Below, one piece after another: positions 39,434 through 53,761 of a DNA stretch of 64,000 nt. The stretch's first letter is position 1, and every line of letters begins with the position of its first letter. The notes beneath the pieces were generated by a model that was not told the DNA's origin, did no database searches, and saw only the letters and a list, made by a program, of their open reading frames with translations. Source of the DNA: Parasitella parasitica NRRL 2501 (Eukaryota > Fungi > Mucoromycota); assembly GCA_025201805.1 (NCBI GenBank), contig MU619284.1, positions 84,484 to 148,483 on the forward strand, in the 5' to 3' direction. The position numbers and the translations under genes were made by a program.

Positions 39434-41559
39434 TGATTTTATTCATAAATCGATTCAGGTAAAGTTAGTCAAACTAAAAACACAACTTCCTTTCAATTAT
39501 TCGTTGAAGCCCTTAGTTTTGTATTTGTTAAATTCATAATATCCATTAACTTTCCCTTTTTTATCATATACAACCGTCTGCTATACCCTTTTCAAAACTT
39601 AGCATAATAGGCATAAAATATTTACCAAAATGCCTAGTGGTTCAAGATGTCTAACTTTTGCATCTATGATTAACTTCGTGACCTAAACAAACTCTTAACT
39701 TGGTATCTATTATTTAAGCATTGTTTTCTTGCTTTTAATGCCCAATGACCGTAAAATACAGGATCCCATCATTTTAAATAATTTGTAATGCGATGTGATA
39801 ATCACGTACTAATTATCAGTTTACACGCTATAGCGTCTTAACTGCCCTTCAGACGGGCTATTATATCTGCTTGACTGGTAGGAAGTGTGAATGTAAGATA
39901 CGTATTAGATCCTACCTAAAGATTCACTGAATTGGTACTCTTTAAACTTTCAAGAATGTTGCGTATGTCAAGCCGCTTTAGATGATTTGGTTGGCTGCCT
40001 TTTACATCGTTATTACGGCCTCATCCTTAGCATATTTTATACTTTTTTTATATCAGCTGTATGACAAGAAATTCCACACATCCTGTATTACTAAAAAAAT
40101 GTATCATGAATATGGAGACAAGAATAAAAAGAACGACCAACATTTAGGCAAAGGAGACAAATTTGATCGGATTAATTTTATATACAGAATATACCTCTTC
40201 TTTTGTCTCCAATGTTATGCAGCAAATATTTAAGTTTGGTAAACAATTATTTATTGTATTATCATTAAATGTTGAAATTTATAACACAAATGAGCTTATG
40301 TGATCCAATTAGTATTCCATCAGTGGCAACAGAATTTTTTCTTTTGGTATGATTGACCGTCGCCTGATGTGTTTAAAATCAAATCTGCTCCTAGAAAATC
40401 CGATACATGTTTATTTTTTGGATCATCTATTGAAAATGTGCAGAAATTGAAACCTACTAAGGCGAAGCACACGCACTCCGTCTCAAATTTAGCTTGTAAA
40501 TTTGACAGAAATAAATCAGTGTTGTCAATCGCCAGAAACAGTTAGATCTGTTAGTCAATTTAGTTAGTGTGTTCAAAACAAAATGCAATTTGTTTGATGC
40601 AAATTGAGCACTGATAAAGATAATGTCATAACATACAGCTGTTTTTGTGGCGATTGTTTATAGACATACTGGTGAGTTGTAATATTTACATGTACAGTGT
40701 ATGCATGCAGCACAATAATTGTGTTAATTTCCTCTTATGGTCGCAACATTTACCTGTACAATAAAATGAAATATATGGTCATTGCGTCTAACTTCTATTT
40801 TTGATATATTTTTCAGTAACAAGAATACAAATCGTCGCGTGATTGATTTTTGATCAAATTATAAAAAAAAACCAATACATCTACCAAAATGCTGAATTGA
40901 TGAATAGTAAAGTGTATGCAAAAGAAAGAAAAAGGGAATGACAATGCCTGGATTGTATTTGCATGCTAAAATAATCATCCTTGTTGTTTTTGCAATGGAA
41001 AAAAAAAAAGCAAAAAGGTCTAGATTTCTTCAAGGAGGATAAAAATAAATGATCAGGTGAAAATCTAGGTTCTTTTTTTCAGATCGAAATGGTCTTTTTT
41101 ATTCTATTTATTTGTTCACTACACTTGGTAAATCAATGTCGTTTCGTTTCTTCAATGTAATATACGATCAAGTAGTTATTACTTAATTGATTTAATCAAT
41201 CAACATTGAAACATTAAGATAGACTCTTCTCCTTCCATCATCAAAAGGATTAGGAATAGATTACCGGGCTTTTTATTTACTTCCTATATACCCGTGCAGG
41301 TTTCGTACAACGTACACCCCTTTATCTCTCTTTTCGATCCCGGGTTGCCTTTAAATTTACAAGAGACACTACCTTTTTTCCTCTCTTCTTTTCAGTTTTT
41401 CTTTCTTCCTCTTTTATGTTATTTTAACAAACAAAAATAACATAACACTAACTAAATTTATTCGTTTTGACACTTCAATCTAAATTGGCAGTTAACGGGC
41501 CTCTATCCGACTTGGATAGACGTAGTAAACGTAGAAAAGTATCAACATACAAGCCAGCA

Positions 41560-41995
41560 ATGACACACACGCCTCCTCTACCGTCTCCACCAGATTTAAA
41601 AATACAAGATTATGAAGAATTGAGTAGTAAATATATAATAGAGCACTCTTCTCAACAGCAGCAGAATAAAAAAACAACAATACCGCTTTCTCCACCATTA
41701 CAGCCATCAATTGCATCTCCTCCTTGTCTCGAATTGCCATCATCATCCCCAGCATTACCCTTAATAAGCGACTTGTCGCAATTTCATGCATTAGATATCG
41801 TACATGACCCAAGTTACTGTATGTTTAGGATCCAATTAGACAAACAGAATACTGGTAATCAGAAAAGGAACATATATCAAGTGGATGGCATACTAACATA
41901 AATAATCAGCTGCATTATGCTATTTGCCAACTAGATGTAAAAATATCATCGAATTCTATCATATTGTAAATATTTCCATTCTGTACAAAAAATAA
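41560..41995 (+). CDS. Hypothetical small Pro/Ser-rich protein, probably one intron; start uncertain
   Basis: Open frame 41467-41901 with PPLPSPP and PLSPP motifs. First ATG at 41560, GTATGT donor at 41819, CTAAC branch point and CAG acceptor at ~41909. Confidence 0.35.
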
Positions 41996-44900
41996 AAAAT
42001 TAACTACAAAGCCATACTTACTTTATTTCTATTATAGGAAATACCAGTTGCATATCGACATCAAGGTCTAGGCGACCTTTTATTGTACCGAGCATTCCAA
42101 TGGGCAGAGAAGTCGCAACTTCTAGTGATACCGACATGTCCCTTTGTTCGTAAATATTTAGAAACACGTTTTCCCGACCAAAAGAGTGGAGATTGGTCAT
42201 GTATTGTCTTGAGCGAAAGAAAGTCTTCATAGCAACGTTTATTCACAAATGCATCCGCCTTACAGCATTTTAGTCCTTTACATCTTTATCCAACTGTCTT
42301 CCAATAATGCAAATTGCTCCTATTATAACCCTCCTCTTTTTTTCTTTCTTTTTTTTTTCTTGTTTTTTCTCAGTCTCACGCACGCACTCTCTTATAATCC
42401 AACTCGTTCAAAACTCATCTTATTCTCCTCATATCCTTGTACTTTTTTAAACCATATTGTAGCAACACAAAACATATTGCAATAAATTATTCTCATTTAT
42501 TTTTATTCCGGTTTTTATTGTTATCTTTTGTGTGATAAATGCATTTAAATTACAATTAACAAATATTATATAAATCGTTTCTTTAAACATTTGTTATACA
42601 TTTTGAACACAAAGAATACGAGATTGGTAAATCAGATTTTTTGGAAGAACATTTACTCATGCTCTGTTTGATTCCCATGATCAAACCAAGTAAACGATGA
42701 ATAATCTATTGTTGGATGGTACAACGAAGGACAATAATCATATGCCTACGTATAATTTTTTTTTGTTCATTTTGCTGTTTCATCTAAAGAATCCTGCGAA
42801 AAAAGCAATTGACTTACGCTCTTGAAACATAATGCGATCCATGTTTCATTTATATAATAAGTTTGTCCCACTCTTGAATATTTATATAAGGATAAACCTC
42901 ATCAGCTCATACTCTAGCATGTCGAGAGATCATTCAAATAGCGTTTGACGAGTTCACACGCAGTGGGTAAAAAGAATGTGCGAGTGTTCTCGTCAATTCT
43001 ACCGATTATCTGAGTACATACGATATAGGTTCAACTAGTAGTAAGCCAGTACCTTTCTCTTTTTTAAAAAGGCACATTTTCCCGATGTGAGCATGATGAT
43101 GCCCAATCTTACGTTCGCACATATGCTAAATACCCTGAGATTCAAAAAAAATAAGTGTCTTCTCCCTTCAGGAACGACATGTGTTTACCCTGCACCTAGC
43201 AAATGCGCCCTAAAAAAGTGCTACTGTAACATTTGATAGGATTCGGGGCAACAATATTTTGACGTTGTAAGAGTTATAGCAGCTTGATTCAACGTAAGAG
43301 AGTAGACATAACAATCTATGCCCTTTCTTTTAGTCTGTTCTTTTCTCTATCTCGCCCTCTCTATCCTATTCTTTTCTTGCCAGACTATCATCAAACAAAC
43401 ACGCAATGGTAATATGAATTTCTGATTTTAGTTTGCCTGTTTGTTTGCTTGCTGAACCCTAGCACATATTGAGCCGAGTCAAAATTAAACTTTTATGCTT
43501 TTCTGTATTAATCTGGTTAATTATCTTGTCTAATGATATTTATGACGATTCCTGATATTCGTCATACATATAAGATTTACATAAACACAACATATTTATT
43601 TCAATATCCATATATTGAATATCAGAGTTGGAGCGTTAAAGGACAAACATCTCAAAACGAAGTCATTTAAATGCTGTATCTAGCACACATAGAACAGGGC
43701 CTCATCCTCTAAACAAGCATCAAATTGTCCAAAACTAGCACAAACACATTCGTGGCCCCTCTTTAATCGCTCCCCTGATTTTTAGAAGTACATCTTTTGG
43801 AAACCCTATATATACCGCTTTTTTTGGCTCGGTCTAACATGTACCTGAGGTTAAGTTGCCCTAGCCTTATTCGGTAAAATGTCTGAAACTAATTTACTCA
43901 GCCTTTGCCCGCTTTTTGCATCTTCTAGGGAATGCTAGGGAACGACATACATGTTGCTACTGATATCAGGTTCACTGTCAAGGGTTAATTGAAGATAATC
44001 ATATATCTAGCTTCAGCACATAACTGTCACTCTGTATAAAACATTGCCAACTGTAACATAGAATCAAAGAAGGAAGATTCCATCAACCAATGGATTATTA
44101 TAACACTTGAGCTCGTCTGTCAATTTTCAAATTGAGGTTAGCACGAGTATAACGAATTTTTTTGTTATCCAAGCAATATATACACATGTATATAATGGTC
44201 ATGCTGCTTTACCAGCATTGACATCCCAGAGAATGGTTCCAAAATCCAAGTTGAAATGCAAATTTGACAGGGAGAAAAATGAAGCTGCGCTTTAGACAAG
44301 CTACGACTGTTGTTATGCATTATCTTAGCCAAGAATGCGGGTAATAACTCAAAATTGGATGCAGCGCTGATTTATATCATAGAAAAGACTCTATATATAA
44401 GGAGACCTCAGGGTTTGGCGAGGAATGACACCTCCAAGAATTTGATGTTTTGTGGCCTTGAGAAACAATCCAAGCAATGATGTACTTCTTCTCCAGGTGT
44501 TCTCCAAGCCTGTTGACAACAATGTTTAGTTTTGATGAGTAACATGATAGCTAAGGAGATCGTTGATCATGTATATGTATATATATAAGAAGAAGATCAA
44601 GGTTAGTGCAAATATCTATTGGTTGCCTAAAGTCATCTAAAGAACCAGGTAGTTCAGAGTTCCTGCTACTTTCAGTACTGCTCAGGGATTCTGTGTGGAG
44701 AAACTTATTTTCGATCTACATGGCATTGCAAGCATCTTAATTTATTGTAAGATAAATTCAAAAGAGCAGCTTCACTCCAAACCTCCAACTATGCGGCAGC
44801 AATCAGTATAAATAAGCATCTTAATAGCAGTGCCATGCTGATTCTCTGAGTATATCATGCAAATTGTTGATTAATGATTATCAAAAGCCAATCAGAACTT

Positions 44901-45195
44901 ATTAAAATCAGGGACAGTGTGTAGCTTCAAACGCTTTTGTCTCCTTTTTCTCTTGCACAAATGTTAAAGATTTGGTGGTTGATGCTGGAAGCACAGAATA
45001 CAAACTAGTGACCCCTCTTTGCAACCCCCCTTTCATTTTTGTAAATTATATGCACTGTAACACAAGTTTGTCTCTTTAAAAGGAATACAACATTACTTTC
45101 TCGTTCCTTTTTGTATAATTACTTTCTTTCTTCTTTTTTTTTTTTTTTTTTTTTTTTNNNNNNNNNNTGGTACTGAATTACGACAAAAAAAAACA

Positions 45196-48022
45196 ATGGG
45201 AGACAATGTCACCGCTTTTGCAGCAAATCGCAAGAGATCGAGCTCTGTATCGGCAACGAGACAGCACAATAGCAAAGAAACCCTCGCTCGCAAGCATTCT
45301 GAGCGGCACCAAGTTATGAAAGTCCAAAATTATGTTATTTATAGAAAAACTATCGGTGCAGGATCAATGGGAAAAGTCAAGTTGGCTGAATGCCTCACAG
45401 ACGTTCATAAACAAAAGGTAATTCATTTGGAGATGCTCTTTCATTTGCTCTCACTAAGCCTTGTTTGCGCCATGTATAGTATGCAGTAAAAATTATGCCT
45501 AAAGTAGATTTGGCATCCATTCCAACATCAGCCAAAACCCAAGATCCAAAAGATACACCTGAAGAACGTGAGCAACGAACAATTCGAGAAATGGCAATTA
45601 TGCGTCTGTTGAGACATCCCAACATCTGCCAATTGAAAGAATACATAACCGAGGGTGACAAGTACTACATGTTTCTCGAATACGTAGATGGTGGTCAGTT
45701 GCTAGACTATATTATCAAAAACGGCAAACTAAGAGAGAAACAAGCTAGAAAGTTTGCACGGCAAATTGTAAGCGCATTGGACTATTGCCATCGAAATTCT
45801 ATCGTACATCGAGATTTGAAGATTGAAAATATTCTTATAACTCAATCCGAGCAACTCAAAATCATTGACTTTGGTCTATCCAACGTATATTCACCCACAC
45901 AGCAACTCAACACATTCTGTGGATCGCTGTACTTTGCAGCACCAGAGCTCTTACGAGCAAGGCAGTATACAGGCCCTGAAGTGGACGTTTGGAGCTTTGG
46001 TGTGGTTTTATATGTTTTAGTGTGCGGTAGGGTTCCGTTTGATGACACCAATTTACCTGCACTCCATGAGAAAATCAAGGCTGGCATTGTAGAAGATTAT
46101 CCTGACCATCTCGGAAAAGGTATGTGCATGAAAAAGGAGGCAAGAGAAGTTCAGCTGATATGGCTAATATATAGATTGCTTGGATTTGCTTTCCAAGATT
46201 TTCGTCGTTGATCCAAGCCGTCGTATAACATTGTCTGCCATTCAATCACATCCGTGGATGAACAAAGGCTTTGAAGAACCTATTCGCAACTATTTACCTC
46301 ACAGACAAACATTAGAACATATAGACATGGACATTGTAAATGGAATGGATGGGTTTGGGCTAGGAAGTCCTCAGGAGATTGCTGAAAGACTACAAAAGAT
46401 TATTTCATCCTCTGCATACCAAACAGCTGCATTAAAAATTGACCAAAACTTTCAAAAAAAGGCGAGCGACGATCAGTCTTTGGCTAATAAACCGCGTTGG
46501 AGAAGGACATTGTCAACTCGCAAAAAGGTGGTTATGGAAGACGATTTTCAGTCGCTACCTGCCATGTATGACCCGTTCGTATCTATTTATTACCTTGTGA
46601 AAGAAAGACGAGAATCTGACCAAAGAAAGAAACAATTGCTCGAAGCAGAACCAAATACACTTGCCCTCAGCAGGTCAACGAGTACTTTGGTTGTCAGCAG
46701 GCTATCTGCAAAAACCGCTGGGAGTGATATCACTTCTTCTCCCGACGGATCATCGCCACCTCTATCAGGTGTAACTCCATCTCTTACCAGAAGAAGAACG
46801 TTTGATACGTCTAAAAAGTTGCCTGATTTACCATCTCTCAATCGACTAGCCGCTCAAAAACAACAGGAGGAACCAGGCACGCCACTCCCGTCAGTGTCGA
46901 GCAGAAGTGAAAAAAGGAAATCAGCAACTACACTCATCAGAAAAAAGAGTTTACAAGCAGCAAGGAAATTTGGTATCAAGTTAACGGGCACCATGCATCA
47001 AGATTTGTCGTCTCGTGCATCAGATGACAACGGATCAGTAACACCAAATATTTCCAAAAAACATTCTAATACTAGTCTAGTAAACTCGCCATCCTCGTCG
47101 TCAACCACCACTACATCAAAGACCGCCATTACTGCTGCAACCGATCAGGCAGCGGCAACAGCAGCCAAAAGACCGAGTTTTTCCACCAGCGTAACAAGCA
47201 TCCCCTCATCTCCTAGGAAATCTAATTGGTTGAAACTTGAATTAAATAATAGCACAAATAAGCAGCAAATCCAGCAGAAGCGCCAATCTGCCAATTCTGC
47301 TTATAACAGACCATCTTGGAAAAAACTGTCGATTACCCGAAAGAACAATCGTCATTCTATGGATCACTCAACAGGCAATTTACCAACGAAAGACGATCCA
47401 ATGCTAGATAAATCTGCGACGCTTATCAAGAAATCTAGTTCAGCCACCTCAACGAACAACCAACAGAATGGTAATGGTACGTATCCATAAAAAACATTTC
47501 ATTCTGTAATGAAGCTTTAATATACTTTATTGATATTATCTAGACCCTGCTTCGCAGCTACCGCCAACCATAATCTTACAGTGTAGTAAATCCGAACTTA
47601 TTCAATCATCCAAAAAGAAATCCAATGCCAACAATCCCAAAAGCTTATTCCATTTCAATCGGGGCCACTTGATTCGTATCACACCTACACAAATGATGAC
47701 AGACTTGACTTACATCCTTGAGCAGCTGGACATCGAAATTCTAGGCAAGGAACAGTTTCAGTTTATTTGTCGTTGTACATACCGTATTTGGTCCAAATAT
47801 TTGCAAGAAGGAGGCCATGATAAAATTTCCATTCATGCAGGCAATAGTAATAATCACCATGGTGATTTAAAGTTTGTAGTCATGATTTATGAAGCTAGAT
47901 GGGCAGGTGGAAAGATAGGTATCAAACTTAAAGACATGGATGATGGTAATCTCTACACAAAACAGGTGCTCCAAAATATATATCATGCCATTTTAAGTGG
48001 GATTAACAGCTTGACAATTTAA
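45196..48022 (+). CDS. KIN1: Kin1/Kin2 (MARK/PAR-1 family) Ser/Thr kinase, 3 introns
   Basis: [58 protein letters not shown] and [14 protein letters not shown], with a probable KA1-like C-terminus. Confidence 0.92.
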
Positions 48023-49446
48023 TGGCTTGCTTCACCAACTTGTTACCATGTCATTATGCTTTGTATTATTGTAGTACCTCTTTCTATCATCTTTTGTTTG
48101 CATACTTATTTTGTATCATTTAATGACATATCATTCATAATAAATATATATTTCATGGTATATCCTTGTTATAAATACATGTGAACTACTACTATCTGTT
48201 GATTACTTTTGTTTAGGATACAGATCAAATCTTAGCGGTAATGCATTATACTCTGTATAATACATCATAAAGCGAGCATGAGTAGAAATGCGTAGTAGAA
48301 TGGAATGACTTTATTTAGACATGGCAAAGAGACATGAGTGATGCCATTGAATGGCTGATCTTTATCCCAGTACAAAGTGGTGATATCATATGACATGTGG
48401 TTCATGAAATCGATGTTAAATTCTAATGAATGTTCTTCCATCAAAACTACTATGAAGAACATTCTATCCTTCATACGTATCTGCGCTCCTGGTCTTCTGG
48501 TAACTTGGAAACTCTGATCCATCAACCTCCTAGGGATTGGTTCAAGGCGTACCCAATTTTCCCTCATCCTAGATCATGGTCTTATTGCTGCGACACTGTC
48601 AAATAACTATAAATACCTTCAAATTGTACACTAGTTTAAATTCCCATTCAATCTTGGAATAGCAAAATAAATATATTCAGTTCTAATTGTATTTTTCTGG
48701 CTATATTTTGTTATTCTAAACAGGTTCGACGCAGAATTTATCGCTTTACATAAAACATTTAATACGCATACCTGGTATATACCTGCCACCACACTATCTT
48801 GAGATATCTAACAATGAAGATATGAAATGGAAACATGCTGCTAAGATTGAATGTATGGCTACTTCGAAATAAAGAAGCAATATGCTTTGTCAATGGAGAA
48901 GCGAGATGAGTACTTTATAAGTAATTAAAAATGGTGGTATTAACCAATAAGTGAAATACCGTAGTACAATGTGGTTCTAAACACTATTTTTACGTAGCTT
49001 TAAATTTGAATAGAAAAATACCAGCTATGAAAGTATTCATGTTTTCTTCTGCTAGAAGAGTTGTAATTTTTTTTATGTCTATAGTATGTAACCAAAAGTA
49101 ACATGGAAAATGTACTAATATTAGAAGACATCGTTTTAAAAAAAACTACAACAAAAATAGCGGTAACTAATACTTGATGTTTTGTGCGTTAATGAGTAGA
49201 TGTACTAAAGTTGATAATCATTGAAAAAAAGTCAACATTTAGTTTAGTAGCTAGAGTATGCACAAGGATATTCCAAAAAGTTGACTGATTTTAATGATTT
49301 TCATGGTAAAGGGTTTAAAAGCTGGATATATTAATGCCATTGTGATTTCAATATCAACTCGGTATATGATGGTGTATGTGGTATAAATATATAATATCTA
49401 CATATCTACGTATCTATATTTGTGAATCATCTCGTGGTTTTTATTA

Positions 49447-51550
49447 TCACCAACCCAGAATCTTCCACCAGCCCATGCCCACAGTAAAATAGACGCAAAG
49501 ATAAAATATAGCAATTTGGCCACCAACCAGGAACCATTTTGTGCGAGAAACGTAGCCTGGAGCATAATACATGGCCAAACTACCGGTTGAAAAATTTGTC
49601 TGTAGAGATATCCATATTTGTTAGTCATGAAATACATACGCAACTATAGCGACTTACCATGCAGCCTCCAAGAGCACCAAAATAAGCCAGCAAACAAGTC
49701 AATGTCATAGGATTAGCGCCTAATGAATGCCCAGCATCCAAAAAGGTAGCTACAAATGCGACTGTGTGGGCACTCAGGGAAGAGAACATGAATGTTGTAA
49801 GAAAGTAAGCGATTGCCAAGGCAGGAACAGGAGGTAAATTGAGACGGGTGATGGCGAGGGATATTTTGAGTCCTATGTAGTTTGAGGCTCCTGCTTCAGA
49901 GAGTTGGCTGGCAATCGTAACAAAACCACCCAGCCAAAACAATGTTTCCCACTATATATGGATTCATTATTTCAAATACTTTTCACTTGATAATATTAGA
50001 GTGAAGACTTACGGCATTGGTGTTGTTTGCTACGTCCTTCCAACGGATAGTGCCCATGTGTAGTAACGCTACAATACCGATTAAAGCAACCAAGGTGGAA
50101 TCTATTTTAGTATAGCCGGAGGTTACCCACATCACAAGGCAAACAAAGAGAACCAGGCACAGTTGCTATATATATATAAAAAATCAATATAGGGTCTAGA
50201 TTCCTTTTCTTTTCCTGCATACCAGTTCCTTGCTTGACATGGATCCCATGGCATGTAATTCTTTTGAAGCATGTTGAACAATGTCGTCTCCATCCGCCTT
50301 CAACTGTTGGCCCTCTTCGGCCTGAGTAGACGATTCCTTTGATTTAAAGATACCACATGACCAAGCTAAAAGGAGGGGTAAAACAGCAGCGCACACCAAT
50401 GCAGGAACAGAGCTTCCCGTAACCCAGGTCATGAAATTAAACTGCAAATCAGGGTACAGCGAGTTTGCTTTTGCTAAAACAATGGGATTTGGAGCCATTC
50501 CTTTTTGAAATTATTTAATGATGTTTGCATTGAAATAATTCGTATCAACATACCTGTCAAATACATGGAAGCGGACAGCAAGTTGGAGTGAGCTCCAATA
50601 AGCATCAAAAATGCACCAATCTTGGGGTTCTGAGATGGCGTTGACCCTAAAGTGGTAGCGATGGAATGCACCACGGGTAATACGATGCCACCGCCTCGAG
50701 CTGTGTTGCTTGGAACAAAAGGGGCCAGTAGTAATTCTATAAAATGTGGGGTGAGAATTCTGTTTGTACGCTCATATCAGAAACGCAGAAATAGCTAGTA
50801 CCTGAAAGCAAAATAGCATATGCTAAACCTATGACATGTTTGCCAAATGAGCGGATCATTAATAGCGAAATTCTTTTCCCCAGCTGTGTCACTTCGACAG
50901 CTTTTCCCAGATGAAAAGCAGCAAAAATCAGCCAAACAACAGAGCTAGAGAAACCTTCCAAGGAATGATGAAATGCTTCCTGACCACCATCACAATCAAA
51001 TGGGACTTCAGTGATGGGATTTACTTCTCCACAGAGCCGGCATTCTGTGCTCAAACCCGTAACATGATCTTCACATTGGAACGAATGTGTTGTCGATAGT
51101 AAAGCCAGAGCAGTCAATACGAGCACTGATATGTCAACTGATGTGGTTATTAGCGCAAATATACAGCTAAACTTTGTATTAGGCATCAAATAAAAAACCA
51201 ATTCGAACAGCACACTACACATACCTAGTGAACACAGCTAAAAGCCTAATAGCTGTCAATGTTAATTCCTCAGTAGGACTTACACCAAACCAAATGGCTG
51301 ATCCCAAGGCGAGCGAAGGTAAAAGACTAAAGAGTTTGGAGGATGTGAATCTGCGAAGCGTTAAGCTAATTGCGCCTGTAATTTGCAATGCATTGTGAGT
51401 TATGGACTTGTTTATACACATGTTTACATATGTACCTTGTTTATTTGTTGATTCCAACTCCAATGTTGTGTTAAGGCTATCAACAGGTAACAACGAAGTT
51501 CTTTCGTTTGGAACTTCAGTGTTGATAGAAATTTGCTGGATTTTTCTCAT
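49447..51550 (-). CDS. DASS (SLC13) family anion/dicarboxylate transporter of the CitT/DIT type, multi-exon
   Basis: GFSSSVVWLIFAAF, TQLGKRISL, APFVPSNTARGGGIVLP, MYLTGMAPNP, YFLTTFMFSSLSAH and terminal MYYAPGYVS..WWKILGW*. Confidence 0.85.
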
Positions 51551-52060
51551 TTTCGGCACGAGAGAAAAAGGAAAAGAGTGAGAGAGAGATGAAGACTACC
51601 AGTAATTGGAAAAGATGTGCTTATATACAAAAAAAAATCAGCAAATTCTTCCTTTTTTAGTCTTTCTGTTTTAAATAGTAGGCCTGGTTAAGTGATCAAT
51701 ACTGCAGCTGATTTTGGCTTTCTTATGATGTAAATTAGGGTTGTAACTGCATACATAAAGCGGAACACACAGCCGGTTAATCTATTGCCTGGATTCTGCA
51801 GTATTCTCTCCCCCCCCCCCCTTGGTTGATACAAAGAATGATTAAAGGAACACCACATGTCGAGAGAAAAAAAAGTACTTCGTTGTGCTACTTGACAGAT
51901 GACTTTTTCCCTAAAAAACTTGACACACTCGCCATAATTAGATAACTGTATAGTGGAGGTGCTAATTTTCTCATGTGTTTATACGAATCACATTTTTCTC
52001 TCTTGAACGAGGTGTTAAATGACTCATTTTATTAATGACCCTGCATTTTTTGAGTTAATT

Positions 52061-53047
52061 TTAATCATATAGTGCTTCTTTTGCGTGAATAATATACACC
52101 ATCGCCTGATTATATCGCACATCAATACCTCTCTCTCTGCCCTTCTTGCAAATATATCCATTTAAATAGTCGATTTCAGTCAGATTCTTCAGTCGAATGT
52201 CCTGGAGAGTTGAGCAAACATTCTCCCCGGCTTCTTGATTGATTGCCAACACCATGTCCATGAGGGAGTCAACCGTTTCTCCAGGTAAATCATCCCTGAG
52301 TACATCATGCGCTTCTTGACAAATTGCTTTCATCATCGCAATGCCCCCAGGGTTACCGTTTTTGATATTTCCAATGTTCTTGTACATCAGCACAGATGCC
52401 ACAGCGTTGATGCAAGCGTTCACAATCAACTTTTTATACATTTTCACAAGCACTTGTGGCCAAGGCAATCGCGCTGCATTCAGTTCTGAAATTGCAGTGA
52501 TTTCTGCTAAAAGTGCTGGCCGCTGCTGCTGCTGCTGCTGTGATGTATTGTCTACTGGGAATCGCCCAATGCGTATAGCATCCGGATCAGCATAGCCAGA
52601 GTGATGTGTGATATCATAAGGCCCCTTGCGCTCAACTGCATGACGGTTTACACCAACAAAGATGGCAGGTGGGGCAGTGTTTGGCCACAAGTTTTCCAGC
52701 AATTCCTCCGCAACACCCATTCCATTTTGAAGCAGCAAAATGGTGCTATTTGCAGATAGTCTAGAGGCCACAGGAGTCAACGCTTTTAAGGTATGATGAC
52801 CCTTTGTAGCCACTACAAGAGATTGGATGGGCGTTTGGTCTGTTGTATCGCCTACAACGCTCGCTTCAAAACCGGAAATAACGTTGGTTTGGCCTCGAGA
52901 ACGATATGTAATGCTGTTTCGACGGCTGTTGAAGTCGTTTAGATGGCTTTGGGAGCGAAGCAAGAGCGTAACTGGAATTTTGTTCGACTTCAAGACGGAC
53001 GCGATGTGGCATCCGATAGCCCCTGTACCTATAATATGGATACTCAT
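52061..53047 (-). CDS. PAN5: 2-dehydropantoate 2-reductase (ketopantoate reductase)
   Basis: IHIIGTGAIG, LLLQNGMG, KKLIVNACIN, STLQD and TEIDYLNGYI; intronless. Confidence 0.9.
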   Translation of the reverse strand: MSIHIIGTGAIGCHIASVLKSNKIPVTLLLRSQSHLNDFNSRRNSITYRSRGQTNVISGFEASVVGDTTDQTPIQSLVVATKGHHTLKALTPVASRLSANSTILLLQNGMGVAEELLENLWPNTAPPAIFVGVNRHAVERKGPYDITHHSGYADPDAIRIGRFPVDNTSQQQQQQRPALLAEITAISELNAARLPWPQVLVKMYKKLIVNACINAVASVLMYKNIGNIKNGNPGGIAMMKAICQEAHDVLRDDLPGETVDSLMDMVLAINQEAGENVCSTLQDIRLKNLTEIDYLNGYICKKGRERGIDVRYNQAMVYIIHAKEALYD

Positions 53048-53761
53048 GCTTTTGTTTGCTAGTAGCTGAAGAAGAGAATTTTTGTTTTTATAATTTGTAT
53101 TTGCCAATCCGACTTCTCGGTGTAGCATCAATCGAGATGATCAATAAATGTGCTGGCAACAGGATATTCCCTGATCCGAAAGATCAGAGATGTCGATCCT
53201 TAGTTTGCACATCCAGTCCCTAATGTATAATTTGTAGAAAATAAAAATGCCCAAATTCTCAAAATTGATGTCATGAACTTTGTTATTTAACAAAGAACTC
53301 ATCATAGAAGCCACGAATAAAAAACAAGTAGTACAAGGGATCTATTATAGTTTGCATGTAAGGCTGAGACAGCCATAGCTTTCAAGCCTATCATTCGCTT
53401 TGATTTGCACTTTTGTAGTCTAGTTAAAATAGAGAATCATAGCCTCACTGCTTGGAGATGAAACTCTACAAAGATGAGCCAATTTGAACACTGTTCAGAC
53501 AATATATATAGCACCTGCTATAAAGTAGACAAAAGAGCCAAGACTTGACGAATCCTTTTAAGGTGATCGCATAAAATTTCCAAGCCCAAAACCATTAGTG
53601 CAGAAACAGAGGAAACAAAAAAAAGTATTCCAATGTGGTACACCCATTTGTTGCTAAAAATATACAATTTACGTAACAATAATAAATAGGAATAGCACTG
53701 CCAAGATATATTTTGCTATTTCTTTCTCTCTTTAATTTTTTTTTTTTTCACACTATAAAAA

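Noticed and set aside
48265-48567. 100-aa minus-strand ORF
   Set aside because: No recognisable motif or supporting gene structure
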